This document shows, in pieces, positions 1-8,600 of a stretch of 32,000 bases of DNA; the stretch's first letter is position 1, and each line of letters begins with the position of its first letter. The stretch comes from Edaphobacter aggregans (lineage in GTDB: Bacteria > Acidobacteriota > Terriglobia > Terriglobales > Acidobacteriaceae): NCBI RefSeq assembly GCF_003945235.1, contig NZ_RSDW01000001.1:5790001-5822000 (forward strand), read 5' to 3'. The notes beneath the pieces are model-generated. The model had not been told where the DNA came from, did not search any database, and was given only the letters and a program-made list of their open reading frames with translations. Made by a program: the position numbers and the translations under genes.

Positions 1-204
1 AGATCTTGCGCTTTCAAAACATTCGCGTCCACTTGGCCAAGTGCTGATAGCAACCTTCAATTTCGTACGGAACGATACAACGCGCTAAATCACCCGCAGT
101 TTGCTAATCCCGACAACAATTTCTCGTCTCCCTCTTTCGGTGTCATTAGCAGCACGAGTGTAAATCCTCGCTTCATCCAGTTCGCACTCAAGCTCAATTT
201 CTAG
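1..204 (+). CDS. TonB-dependent receptor type outer-membrane beta-barrel, C-terminal fragment (5' end outside window)
   Basis: Frame 1 is open from base 1 to TAG at 202-204. The translation ends LQFRTERYNALNHPQFANPDNNFSSPSFGVISSTSVNPRFIQFALKLNF. This is the NHPxF...FG.I...R.IQFALKL.F terminal-strand signature with a final aromatic residue. It is absent from the ORF track because it has no start codon in the window. Confidence 0.7.
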   Translation, partial: RSCAFKTFASTWPSADSNLQFRTERYNALNHPQFANPDNNFSSPSFGVISSTSVNPRFIQFALKLNF

Positions 205-239
205 CTTCCGAGTCCTGATTTCACAGGCTACCTGCATCA

Positions 240-629
240 CTAGACGACCGATGGAGAAACGTAGGATTCGCCTTTGAGTGCCGACTGTATCGCGGCAACA
301 AGGTGGGTTTTCATGTGTGACTTGAGGACATATCCCAATGCCCCCTCTGCCAGGCACGCTTTAAGGAACTCTTCATTCGCATGGACTGTTAAGAACACAA
401 ACGTAGCGGAAAAATTAGAGTCACGCAATTGGCTGACGGCCTCGATCCCGTTCAAAACAGGCATGGTGATGTCAGTCACAATTACGTCTGGACGAAGACG
501 AAGAGCCTCCGACACAAGCATTGCGCCGTCAGTTGCAGTTCCCACTATATCGAAGTGGGGGTTCAAGATGGCGGTAGCAGCTTCGAGCAACGAGGGATGA
601 TCATCAGCCAACAAAACGGTGGTTTTCAT
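240..629 (-). CDS. Response regulator, receiver domain only (NarL/FixJ-like receiver without the LuxR-type HTH)
   Basis: 129 aa. It has the acidic pocket DD (LLADDHP), the phospho-acceptor context VIVTDITMP, and a conserved LTVH...K region. The protein stops right after ...GESYVSPSVV, where NarL-type regulators continue into a linker and HTH. Only 35 nt remain before the convergent receptor gene, so there is no room for an output domain. Confidence 0.85.
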   Translation of the reverse strand: MKTTVLLADDHPSLLEAATAILNPHFDIVGTATDGAMLVSEALRLRPDVIVTDITMPVLNGIEAVSQLRDSNFSATFVFLTVHANEEFLKACLAEGALGYVLKSHMKTHLVAAIQSALKGESYVSPSVV

Positions 630-708
630 ACGTAGGCCTGATGTATTTATCTTCGATCTGGCACAGTTGCAAAAAACACAATATAGGGCGTGCGACGTCT
701 CTCAACAA

Positions 709-724
709 CTGGGGAAATGCCTAG
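709..724 (-). promoter_or_regulatory. Palindromic box copy A (gene-sense CTAGGCATTTCCCCAG, 14/16 to copy G), upstream of the response-regulator gene
   Basis: It abuts -35-like TTGTTG (708-703). A 17-nt spacer follows, then -10 TATATT (685-680). The start codon is at 629. Confidence 0.6.
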
Positions 725-831
725 GTGGATGTTCCTTCCTTAGAAGGCTCGCTACTGTCTAGCCGACATGACGTTCATGGACAAGCTCATTTCACTGCGT
801 TCTCTCCGCGACACGGAAGTGAACAGAGTAC

Positions 832-847
832 CTAGGGTTTTTCCTAG
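832..847 (+). promoter_or_regulatory. Palindromic box copy B (CTAGGGTTTTTCCTAG, 14/16), upstream of the DcaP-like porin/glutaminase genes
   Basis: It abuts TTGTTG (848-853). A 17-nt spacer follows, then TACAAG (871-876). The start codon is at 930. Confidence 0.6.
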
Positions 848-929
848 TTGTTGTCACTAGCCCAAGAGCATACAAGTATCGCAAAGCTAATGGCAGCGAC
901 TTGTAGGACTCCAAGGAGGCACCAGACCT

Positions 930-2429
930 ATGAGATCGAACTTAAAGAATGCTAGGAATAACGCCTCTCTTGTCGCGGTATTATTTCTTTCCGTTATGTG
1001 GGGCCAGCCGGCTAAAGCGCAGTCCCAGGATACCCGGAAGCAGGATATACAGGAGCTCAAGGACAAACTTCAGCAATTGGAACAAATGATGGGGGAGGTG
1101 AAGGGGAAGATCACGGTGCTGGAGGGTCAGCCTGGCACGCAAAACTCAGAGGCCGGCGTTGGAGAGAGCAAGAGCGGGCCGAACGATGCCCTTGTCAGCT
1201 CAGTCGTCAACTCGCTTGATCACTATCCCGGAGCGCATGCTGCTGCAATACCCACAGTTGGCGCTCATGGTGCACAGGCGGACCAAAAGAAACCTGGATC
1301 AGAGAGCACCCTGGATATTTATGGATTCGTCATGATGGATTCCGGTTATGACTTCGGACAATCGGACCCAAGCTGGAATGACGTGTTACGACCAACGAAA
1401 CTCCCATCTTTTCCGAACGAGTTTGGGCCAAACGGACAGGCTTTTTTCAGTGTAAAGCAGACGAGATTTGGAACGAAGACGTCCACTCCGACTTCGTTTG
1501 GCGATCTGAAGACGACATTTGAGTTTGAGCTTTTCGGTACAGGTGTTGATGCAGGGCAGACCACATTCCGGCTTCGTCATGCATGGGGGGAAATGGGTCA
1601 CTTCGGCGCAGGGCAGACCTGGAGCCCGTTTATGGATATCAATGTCTTCCCGAACTCGATCGAATACTGGGGCCCTAACGGAATGGTTTTCTTCCGGAAT
1701 GTGCAGTTTCGGTGGACGCCGATCAAGACAGCGCATAACACATTCATGATTGCAGCAGAGCGTCCTGGAGCAAGCGGGGACCAGGGAGTTTACAGCGGCC
1801 GCATTGAGCTCTCGAACATTACACCTCAGTTCATTCTTCCTGATCTTTCTATGCAGGGCCACTTCGACCGGAAGTGGGGATATTTTCAGATTGCGAGCAT
1901 GTTCCGGAGAATTGCGTGGGTGGACAACAACGCGACGTCCAAGCTCAATTTCAGCGGTTCGGCATTTGGTTGGGGCATTAATGCGAGTTCGAACCTCAAA
2001 TTCAAAGAGAGCACTACGGGAAGGCTCCAACTGGTCTATGGCCATGGCATTCAGAATTATATGAACGACGCACCGATTGACATTGGCGTCCAGAATAACT
2101 TTTCCAACCCGATAACACCTATCAAGGGAGTTCCTCTGCCGATGATTGGCGCGGTTGCGTTTGTTGATCACAACTGGAGCCCAAAGTTCAGCAGCACGTT
2201 TGGAGGATCGATGCTGAATATCTGGAACTCAGATGCTGAGGCGCCGAGCGATTTTCACCAAGGATATTATGCGCTTACGAACCTGCTGTACTACCCGATC
2301 AAAAACGTGATGGCGGGCGGCGAGTTTCAGTATGGCCGGCGAGTGAATTTCCGGAACGGCTACAACTTCAACGACTATCGAGTGCAGTTTTCCTTCAAGT
2401 ATTCGTATGGCAAGACGTTTGCTTTCTGA
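930..2429 (+). CDS. DcaP-like outer-membrane porin with N-terminal coiled coil
   Basis: AAGGAGG sits 7 nt before the ATG. The signal peptide ends at AKA-QS. A heptad-like segment reads QDIQELKDKLQQLEQMMGEVKGKITVLEG. The barrel body follows (LDIYGFVMMDSGYDFGQ...FSVKQTRFG...FEFELFG) and ends ...FSFKYSYGKTFAF with a terminal aromatic residue. Confidence 0.8.
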   Translation: MRSNLKNARNNASLVAVLFLSVMWGQPAKAQSQDTRKQDIQELKDKLQQLEQMMGEVKGKITVLEGQPGTQNSEAGVGESKSGPNDALVSSVVNSLDHYPGAHAAAIPTVGAHGAQADQKKPGSESTLDIYGFVMMDSGYDFGQSDPSWNDVLRPTKLPSFPNEFGPNGQAFFSVKQTRFGTKTSTPTSFGDLKTTFEFELFGTGVDAGQTTFRLRHAWGEMGHFGAGQTWSPFMDINVFPNSIEYWGPNGMVFFRNVQFRWTPIKTAHNTFMIAAERPGASGDQGVYSGRIELSNITPQFILPDLSMQGHFDRKWGYFQIASMFRRIAWVDNNATSKLNFSGSAFGWGINASSNLKFKESTTGRLQLVYGHGIQNYMNDAPIDIGVQNNFSNPITPIKGVPLPMIGAVAFVDHNWSPKFSSTFGGSMLNIWNSDAEAPSDFHQGYYALTNLLYYPIKNVMAGGEFQYGRRVNFRNGYNFNDYRVQFSFKYSYGKTFAF

Positions 2430-2495
2430 GTAGAGGGCTGCGGTGGACCTTGTTCGAAAAATCATAGGTAATCGAGAGCGGAAAGGAGATCCACT

Positions 2496-3554
2496 GTGAA
2501 TGCACGTCGAATTTCTACTTTGGTTTTGATGGCAGCTTCGCTATTTTCCGAATATTCTTGCGCGGTTCCTGCAGTCGCTCAAACCCCAAAGGTCAGCCCG
2601 GTTGCCCCGCGACGGGAGCAGGTTGAGGCGGTCGTCAAAGAAGCCTACGAAAAATTTAGGAACGACACCAACGGAAAAAACGCTGATTACATTCCATATC
2701 TTGCAAAGGTAGATTCGAAGCTATTCGGAATAGCTATCGTCACGACGGACAACCAAGTCCTAACGATGGGAGATGTGAAATACGCGTTCTCCATCCAGTC
2801 GATCTCCAAGGTCTATTCTCTCGCACTCGCAATGGAGGAACTTGGTCCCGACAAGGTCTTTGAAAAAATCGGCTCTGAGCCTACTGGACGCCCCTTCAAT
2901 TCTCCAGTGGCGGTAGTTGATATGCCGACGCACTCGGGCAATCCATTCGTTAACGCAGGTGCCATTGCGACCGTTAGCCTGATCTCAGGCAGCACGGCGG
3001 ATGAGAAATGGAACAAGATTCTGAATTTCTACAGTAAGGCTGCAGGAGAAAAGCTGGTCCTGATTGATGAGGTGTACAAGTCGGAGGCGGCTACGAATAC
3101 GGGTAATAAAGCGCTGTCGTATCTGCTGGCGAAGTATGACCGGATCTATGCGGATCCGTTTGAGTCAGTAGATGTGTATACGAAGCAGTGCTCCGTCGGA
3201 GTGAATGCGACGCAGCTGGCGCGCATGGGTGCGACGTTGGCGAACAACGGAGTGAATCCGGCGACTGGCGAGCGAGTGATCAAAGCCGAGGATATTCCGC
3301 ACATTTTGAGCACGATGATGGTGGCAGGGCTGTATGACGGCTCGGGCACTTGGGCCTGGAACGTGGGTTTGCCGGCGAAGAGCGGCGTTGGCGGGGGGAT
3401 TGTTGCAATTGCTCCGGGGAAGGGCGCAATTGCGGTGTTTGCTCCGCCACTGGATGAGGCGGGAAACAGCGTGAAGGCGCAGGAGGTCATCCGGTACGTT
3501 GCAGAGAGGCTAAATTACAACATCTTTTCCCCGACCTCTGTTGGCTTCAAGTAG
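2496..3554 (+). CDS. glsA: Glutaminase A with Sec signal peptide (predicted periplasmic)
   Basis: The start is GTG with AAGGAG 7 nt upstream. The N-terminus MNARRISTLVLMAASLFSEYSCAVPAVA-QT looks like a signal peptide. The glutaminase core motifs are present: ADYIPYLAKVD, FSIQSISKVYSLALAMEELG, EPTGRPFNS and LPAKSGVGGGIVAI. Confidence 0.9.
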   Translation: MNARRISTLVLMAASLFSEYSCAVPAVAQTPKVSPVAPRREQVEAVVKEAYEKFRNDTNGKNADYIPYLAKVDSKLFGIAIVTTDNQVLTMGDVKYAFSIQSISKVYSLALAMEELGPDKVFEKIGSEPTGRPFNSPVAVVDMPTHSGNPFVNAGAIATVSLISGSTADEKWNKILNFYSKAAGEKLVLIDEVYKSEAATNTGNKALSYLLAKYDRIYADPFESVDVYTKQCSVGVNATQLARMGATLANNGVNPATGERVIKAEDIPHILSTMMVAGLYDGSGTWAWNVGLPAKSGVGGGIVAIAPGKGAIAVFAPPLDEAGNSVKAQEVIRYVAERLNYNIFSPTSVGFK

Positions 3555-3699
3555 TGGGAAAGTGCCTTCGCGGCGATAGATGATTTCGATTGTTTCCCTG
3601 CCGTCGGCGCGTGTGAATGAGGCTATGGGGCGGCGAGCCTGGCGGTTCCGATGTTTGATACGAGTCCGAATACCAACGGCAGCCCGAGATCGGCGATCA

Positions 3700-3798
3700 A
3701 TCCGTTTGACGCATGCGTTAAGGCTCAGGAGGTTATTCGCTATGTCGCCGAAGCCTGAGCTACAACCTCTTCTCTCCGATTTCTGTTGGTTGAAGTAG
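3700..3798 (+). pseudogene. Decayed relic of a second glutaminase 3' end
   Basis: 3713-3798 aligns base-for-base, at roughly three quarters identity by eye, with glsA 3469-3554. VKAQEVIRYVAE is retained, then a premature TGA and a frame change, then LSYNLFSPISVG versus LNYNIFSPTSVGFK. The relic ends with the same ...gaagtag. Weaker similarity may extend back to about 3620. Confidence 0.6.
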
Positions 3799-3845
3799 CT
3801 CAGCGACGAAGTGAATCGCCGTCGCTTACAAGGAGGCGTCATTCA

Positions 3846-5501
3846 ATGACAGCTGGGATCTCCATCTGCAGAGATTTTCGAGAACGTCAGAGATTTCTTG
3901 TTCGCGCTTGCCTATCCGTAAGCCTGTTTTTGGTTGTGCATCCGTGTAACGCCCAATCGTCGACACCCTCGATATTCAATGGCCCCTCCGACGCAATCGA
4001 CGGTGCATCGTCGATTCCCAAAGTCAGCCCTCCCCTGACTGAACGAGAAGAGGAAATGTTGCGGCTCATTCAGAGTCTCCAGGATCGCGTCGCCCGGCTG
4101 GAGGCTGAGAGGGGGACTGATTCGAAGGATATAAACTTTGATACCGAAGTGGAGGCGAAGAAGGCCTCTGCAAATGTTCTAGCGGCGACTGTTGTTGCTG
4201 TACCGCCGACAAGCAGAGATATCGCGAATCCTATCGATGAAGCCGCGAGGTCGCCCGTTGACGGTGTGAAGAGTCTAGGTGGAAGCGCTAGTGGTGGCCA
4301 GGAAGAAAGAAAGTTTTGGAGCCCCTACACACCGAATCTTGGTTTCAAGATAGCCAATACCGAGTACGGAGACGTAAGCCTTAGCATCTATACCTACGCT
4401 CGCTATCTGAACCAACGGGCGATCGAGCCAACATATACAAACGCGTTCGGCGTTACCAGCAATCTCCAACAACGGCAGGATTTTCAACTCAACAAACTAC
4501 AAATAAAGTTTCTCGGCTGGATGATGAGTCCTAAATTCCGTTACTTCCTCTATGCATGGACCTCGAACGCCACACAGGGGCAAGGAGCTCAGGTCGTACT
4601 CGCTGGAAATCTGAATTACAGCTTCAATAAGTACCTCACCGTTGGCGCGGGAGTCTTCTCATTGCCGGGCGCGAGGAGCGTCGAAGGCAACTTTCCGTTC
4701 TGGCTGAGTGTTGATAGTCGACTAATAGCTGACGAGTTCTTTCGCCCCTCATATTCCTCAGGCATTAAGGCCAGTGGAACCATCGCGAAGGGGCTGAGTT
4801 ACCAAGCCATGGTCGCGAATAATCGGAGCACACTGGGTGTCAGCGCAGCCCAGCTTCCCAACCACTTCAATACTATTTCTTCTGTGCTCCTCTGGATGCC
4901 TAAGGGCGATTACGGATTAGGCTGGGGCGACTTTGAACATCATGAATCACCTGTTACTCGTTTTGGCTTCCATTTCAACCATAGTGACGAGAACAAGCAA
5001 AGCCAGCCAAACAGCGATTCATTCGAGAATGTTCAGCTCAGGCTCTCCGATGGCAGCGTAATCTTTACGCCTAATCTCTTCGGGCCAGGCATTACGATCA
5101 CCGATGCAAGATATAAGATGGCCTCCTTCGACGCGGGGATCAAGTATCGCGGCTATGCACTAGAAGGTGAATATTACTGGCAGTGGCTCAATGACTTCCG
5201 TGGCACGAATACTTCAGGGCTGCCAACGGATTATGCCTATGGGTATCAGCTTCAGGGCTCAGCGATGGTCATCCCCAAAGCGCTTCAGATCTATGCGGGA
5301 GGATCGGAGATCATTGGCCAGTTCGGCCGCCCGTGGGACTTTCGTGCGGGCACAAACTACTTCCCGTTCAAGAACAAGGTCGTGCGATGGAACTCCGAGT
5401 TCCTCTACTTGTACAGATCCCCTGTCGGCTACACATCCGTTCCTTTTCCACTGGGAGGCACCGGACCGATCTTTCATACAACTCTGGAGCTAGCTTTCTG
5501 A
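3846..5501 (+). CDS. Outer-membrane beta-barrel (porin-like) with N-terminal coiled coil; paralog of 20203-21771
   Basis: I prefer the ATG at 3846 (AAGGAGG 9 nt upstream) over the ORF-track start at 3786, which lies inside the glutaminase relic. The signal peptide ends at CNA-QSS. The coiled-coil segment reads EREEEMLRLIQSLQDRVARLEAE. The protein ends ...FHTTLELAF. It is about 60 percent identical by eye to the 20203-21771 product. Confidence 0.75.
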   Translation: MTAGISICRDFRERQRFLVRACLSVSLFLVVHPCNAQSSTPSIFNGPSDAIDGASSIPKVSPPLTEREEEMLRLIQSLQDRVARLEAERGTDSKDINFDTEVEAKKASANVLAATVVAVPPTSRDIANPIDEAARSPVDGVKSLGGSASGGQEERKFWSPYTPNLGFKIANTEYGDVSLSIYTYARYLNQRAIEPTYTNAFGVTSNLQQRQDFQLNKLQIKFLGWMMSPKFRYFLYAWTSNATQGQGAQVVLAGNLNYSFNKYLTVGAGVFSLPGARSVEGNFPFWLSVDSRLIADEFFRPSYSSGIKASGTIAKGLSYQAMVANNRSTLGVSAAQLPNHFNTISSVLLWMPKGDYGLGWGDFEHHESPVTRFGFHFNHSDENKQSQPNSDSFENVQLRLSDGSVIFTPNLFGPGITITDARYKMASFDAGIKYRGYALEGEYYWQWLNDFRGTNTSGLPTDYAYGYQLQGSAMVIPKALQIYAGGSEIIGQFGRPWDFRAGTNYFPFKNKVVRWNSEFLYLYRSPVGYTSVPFPLGGTGPIFHTTLELAF

Positions 5502-5562
5502 AATGTAGGGCTAGTCGACTGACGATGTAAATGAATCAACGACGAATGAAAAAGGAGGCTCT

Positions 5563-6657
5563 GTGAAACGCACTTCGGACAATCTGCTTCATAGGCTCGT
5601 TTTTGGCTTATGTCTATGTGTGTCGCTGTGTTCTACATCTGGAACTGCACAGACTAATCCTCCTAATCAATTTGAGCTGAACGATTCGCACTTTCATCTT
5701 ACGAACTACGTTCAAGAAGGCACTGATATACATGAATTCCTGAAGATTATGGGCACAAAGGTCGGGCGCGTCGCGCTGTTCGGAATTCCTCTTCAGCAGC
5801 AGTGGTCTTATCTGAACTCCGGCGATACTGCGCCCACGTATTACCTACAGACCGACTCGCCTCTCTACTACTACTCATTTACCGATGCGAATATCGCAAT
5901 GACATATCGGTCACTCTCCAAGGAAGATCAGGCGCGCTTCGAACCCATGATCACAGGCTTCAACCCGACCGACATGTATGCGGCTGATCACATTCGTCGC
6001 GTCCTGCAGACTTTTCCAGGAGTCTTTTCGGGAATTGGAGAGTTCACGATTCATAAAGAGTTTGTTTCCTCCAAGATCCCAGGAGAAACTGCCAATCTTC
6101 AGAACCGCGCTCTCGACAGGATTCTGGACTTTGCCGGCGAGGTCGGGCTCGTTGTCATAATCCACAGCGACATGGACGTGCCGTTCCCTAAGGAAGGTGC
6201 GCCGCCCGCATATCTTGATCAAATGAAGGCGCTCCTTAAACGGCATCCTAATACCACAATCATTTGGGCACATACCGGCTTAGGCCGAGTGGTTCGTCCT
6301 ATCAAGGATCACGCTGCCAATCTAGCGTTGATCCTAAGCGATCCTGCATTCAAACATGTCTATTTCGATATCTCATGGGACGAAGTAGCTAAGTACGTCG
6401 TCGCAACTCCTGAATCTACCCAGACTAGTGCCGACCTCATCAATCGTTTCCCGGATCGCTTTCTGTTCGGCACTGACGAGGTCGCACCTTCCAGCCAGGA
6501 GTCTTACTTGAAGGTCTTCTATCAATACGGTCCTCTTTGGAAGTTGCTTACACCGGAAGCAAGCGAGAAGGTCCGTAAAGGAAACTTCGCGCGTCTTTTC
6601 GACGAAGCACGACCCAAAGTAAGAGCGTGGGAAAGCACCCACGCTAGCGGAAAATAG
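5563..6657 (+). CDS. Exported metal-dependent amidohydrolase (Amidohydro_2/TIM-barrel type)
   Basis: The start is GTG with AAAGGAGG upstream. The signal peptide ends at GTA-QT. Metal-ligand-like motifs are DSHFHL, VVIIHSDMD, IIWAHTG and LFGTDE. Confidence 0.8.
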   Translation: MKRTSDNLLHRLVFGLCLCVSLCSTSGTAQTNPPNQFELNDSHFHLTNYVQEGTDIHEFLKIMGTKVGRVALFGIPLQQQWSYLNSGDTAPTYYLQTDSPLYYYSFTDANIAMTYRSLSKEDQARFEPMITGFNPTDMYAADHIRRVLQTFPGVFSGIGEFTIHKEFVSSKIPGETANLQNRALDRILDFAGEVGLVVIIHSDMDVPFPKEGAPPAYLDQMKALLKRHPNTTIIWAHTGLGRVVRPIKDHAANLALILSDPAFKHVYFDISWDEVAKYVVATPESTQTSADLINRFPDRFLFGTDEVAPSSQESYLKVFYQYGPLWKLLTPEASEKVRKGNFARLFDEARPKVRAWESTHASGK

Positions 6658-6681
6658 ATTTAGAACGATTGTGCGATTGTT

Positions 6682-7650
6682 CTAAAAAGAAACCGCGGCC
6701 GAGATCTGCAGCGAGTATCCCTGCAGAGTTGACCTATTCGAGAATTCTCGAAAATACTTGAGGCCCAGGCTCACCTTTCGCGCTGGCAGCATTACGTTTG
6801 AAGCGAATCCAAGGGAGTTGACCCGATAGTGTGCCTTCGCCTGATCCGGTGTGATCGTTGGCCCACTCTTATCAGTCGTCTGCCACTGTTGGTAGCCCAC
6901 TAACCCCAGTTGTAGACGCAAATCACTTTTCAACGGAACGGTGTGCATTAGCGAATAGTCGAGATTAAGGGCTTGCCCCGGATGAATTCCAGTGCCTTCT
7001 TGAACACCGTGGAATTCATACAACTCGAACGCGGAAATTGAGGTCGCTTTGTTGTCGGTTAGATAAAAGGATTCGCCCCCCGCAACGCAATGAGTCCAGT
7101 AGCCCGAACCAACATTGCTGTTGGAACTGGCATCGAATCTGCCGGTAGGCGCTAGGAACCCGTAGATAGCACGAGCGTCAACACGTTTTGTCTTCCAGCC
7201 GAGAATAAAGGGTTGGTAGTAAGAGTCTGCAAATCCGCCTCCGCCGCTGATAGCCCCCTGAGCATTGGAAGTTAGCGAGTTGTTGGCGATGGGCAGCGTG
7301 GCCACAAAGGAGTAGACAGGGCTGCCCAACATCCCTATCTTCTTTTTGCTGACCCAGACGAAACTGTTCATGTCCATCAATACCGAATTTTGCCCGGTAG
7401 CAACGACTTCGCCGTTGGCACCCTTCAAATGGTCGCGTGAGTAAAACAGAAAGGCGTTTGAGTAGGTAAATCCTGGCTCCGGTGTAACCCCAGAGTTGGT
7501 GGCGGTCATCCCCAGGGGGTAGACACCCCTGACCTGAGCTTTACCGGGTGCAATCATCGTCCAGATGGTCATGACCAGACAAAATACGGCAAATGACGAA
7601 GGCACACAGTCTTTACTTACGACCTCAGACTCCTTTCCGCCCAGATTCAT
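6682..7650 (-). CDS. Outer-membrane channel of the MetA-pathway (Phenol_MetA_deg-like) transporter family
   Basis: The hydrophobic leader ends at GKA-QV. The sequence shows an alternating beta-strand pattern with GGGFADSYYQPFILGWK and GSGYWTH. The protein ends ...LQISAAVSF. It is the last gene of the DyP operon. Confidence 0.7.
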   Translation of the reverse strand: MNLGGKESEVVSKDCVPSSFAVFCLVMTIWTMIAPGKAQVRGVYPLGMTATNSGVTPEPGFTYSNAFLFYSRDHLKGANGEVVATGQNSVLMDMNSFVWVSKKKIGMLGSPVYSFVATLPIANNSLTSNAQGAISGGGGFADSYYQPFILGWKTKRVDARAIYGFLAPTGRFDASSNSNVGSGYWTHCVAGGESFYLTDNKATSISAFELYEFHGVQEGTGIHPGQALNLDYSLMHTVPLKSDLRLQLGLVGYQQWQTTDKSGPTITPDQAKAHYRVNSLGFASNVMLPARKVSLGLKYFREFSNRSTLQGYSLQISAAVSF

Positions 7651-7772
7651 CTGTGCATGCCCTCAAGACTGTGTAGGTTGCTGGCTGGTCCTTTGCTCCC
7701 CGCTGCGCTTCGCTAGCCAACGTGCAAAGGGGAAGAGGAGAACGAGGCCAACGATCGCAATCACAACGACCA

Positions 7773-8531
7773 TCACGGCCATCCGTGGGTCACTGAAGTT
7801 TGTTTAGCAACCACTAATGCAGCAGCGATATTGCGCTGCGCAGTGCCTAGTGCCATAACGCTTCTTGTCTTGACTGCAGGACCTCCAAGAAACCATCCGA
7901 TAATTGAACCAGCCACAAGGAGGAGGATGCTGGCAAGCACCCCTCGAGATACATATAAGCTCAGGATGTTTTGGATGTTCGCCACAAACATCAGCAGGAT
8001 TAGCAACATCAGGGCAAACTTTGACGCATTGCTGAACAAAGGTTCGATGCGGGCTGCAATACCTTCGAGGCCGGCCTTCACCGCAAGGCCAATTCCTAAC
8101 GGAAGCAACATGAGAAGGAGCAGGGAACTGGCGATCTTAGCGGGATCGACCGAAACTCCGCTGAGTAAAAGGGGCAATACTAATGGCATGTAGGCAACTG
8201 ACAAGATCATCAGCAGCACAGTCAAGCCGACAGAAAATGCAAGATCACCCTTAGCAATTCCTGCGAGCAGAGGAATGAATGGAGCCCCGGGCGCTGTTCC
8301 CAGCAACAACAGCGCGACACCCAAGGATCCGTCGAGTTGCAGTAGCCTTGCGATGGCCATTGCAGCTAGCGGCATCAGGACAAAATTTGCCAGCAGTGCG
8401 AAAGTGACTAGTCTGGCATTTCGCAACGGGGCAACGACCCGGCCCACAGTGAGACTCAAACCCACGGCAAGCATGGATGAAACGACAAAAATAATCGTCG
8501 ATAGAGAAGCCGCTTTATTTACGAATTCCAT
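7773..8531 (-). CDS. Bile acid:sodium symporter (BASS/SBF-like) family transporter, apparently frameshifted near the 3' end
   Basis: The protein is polytopic and hydrophobic, with GTAPGAPFIPLLA and ALGTAQRNIAAALVVA motifs. The ORF stops 8 codons after the A-run at 7798-7802. The expected last TM helix is encoded in another frame down to 7663 (see findings). Confidence 0.8.
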   Translation of the reverse strand: MEFVNKAASLSTIIFVVSSMLAVGLSLTVGRVVAPLRNARLVTFALLANFVLMPLAAMAIARLLQLDGSLGVALLLLGTAPGAPFIPLLAGIAKGDLAFSVGLTVLLMILSVAYMPLVLPLLLSGVSVDPAKIASSLLLLMLLPLGIGLAVKAGLEGIAARIEPLFSNASKFALMLLILLMFVANIQNILSLYVSRGVLASILLLVAGSIIGWFLGGPAVKTRSVMALGTAQRNIAAALVVAKQTSVTHGWP

Positions 8532-8600
8532 GAACCTTCACCTAATTCGAATCTCATCTCGATGCTTCAGAGTCGGTGATGGTGTTCCTACGACAGGCAT

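Noticed and set aside
1386-2171. 261-aa ORF on the - strand inside the DcaP-like porin gene
   Set aside because: It is antisense to a gene with strong family signatures. Its Arg/Cys/His-rich composition is typical of a shadow frame, and it has no SD.
3551-3573. TAGTGGGAAAGTGCC and a few other GGGAA/TCCC-containing strings (for example 31120-31135 gaagaatccctg) as extra copies of the palindromic box
   Set aside because: They match only one half-site or have the wrong spacing. They are not followed by the -35/-10 arrangement seen at the seven accepted copies.
3580-3798. 72-aa + strand ORF, and the N-terminal extension (3786-3845) of the next porin ORF
   Set aside because: Both run through the decayed glutaminase relic. 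The porin has a proper SD and ATG at 3846, followed by a signal peptide.
6660-6685. Hairpin TTAGAAC-N12-GTTCTAA between the convergent amidohydrolase and OM-channel genes, as an intrinsic terminator
   Set aside because: The stem is only 7 bp, the loop is long, there is no U-tract on the + strand, and the second arm overlaps the stop codon of the - strand gene. It is too weak to call.
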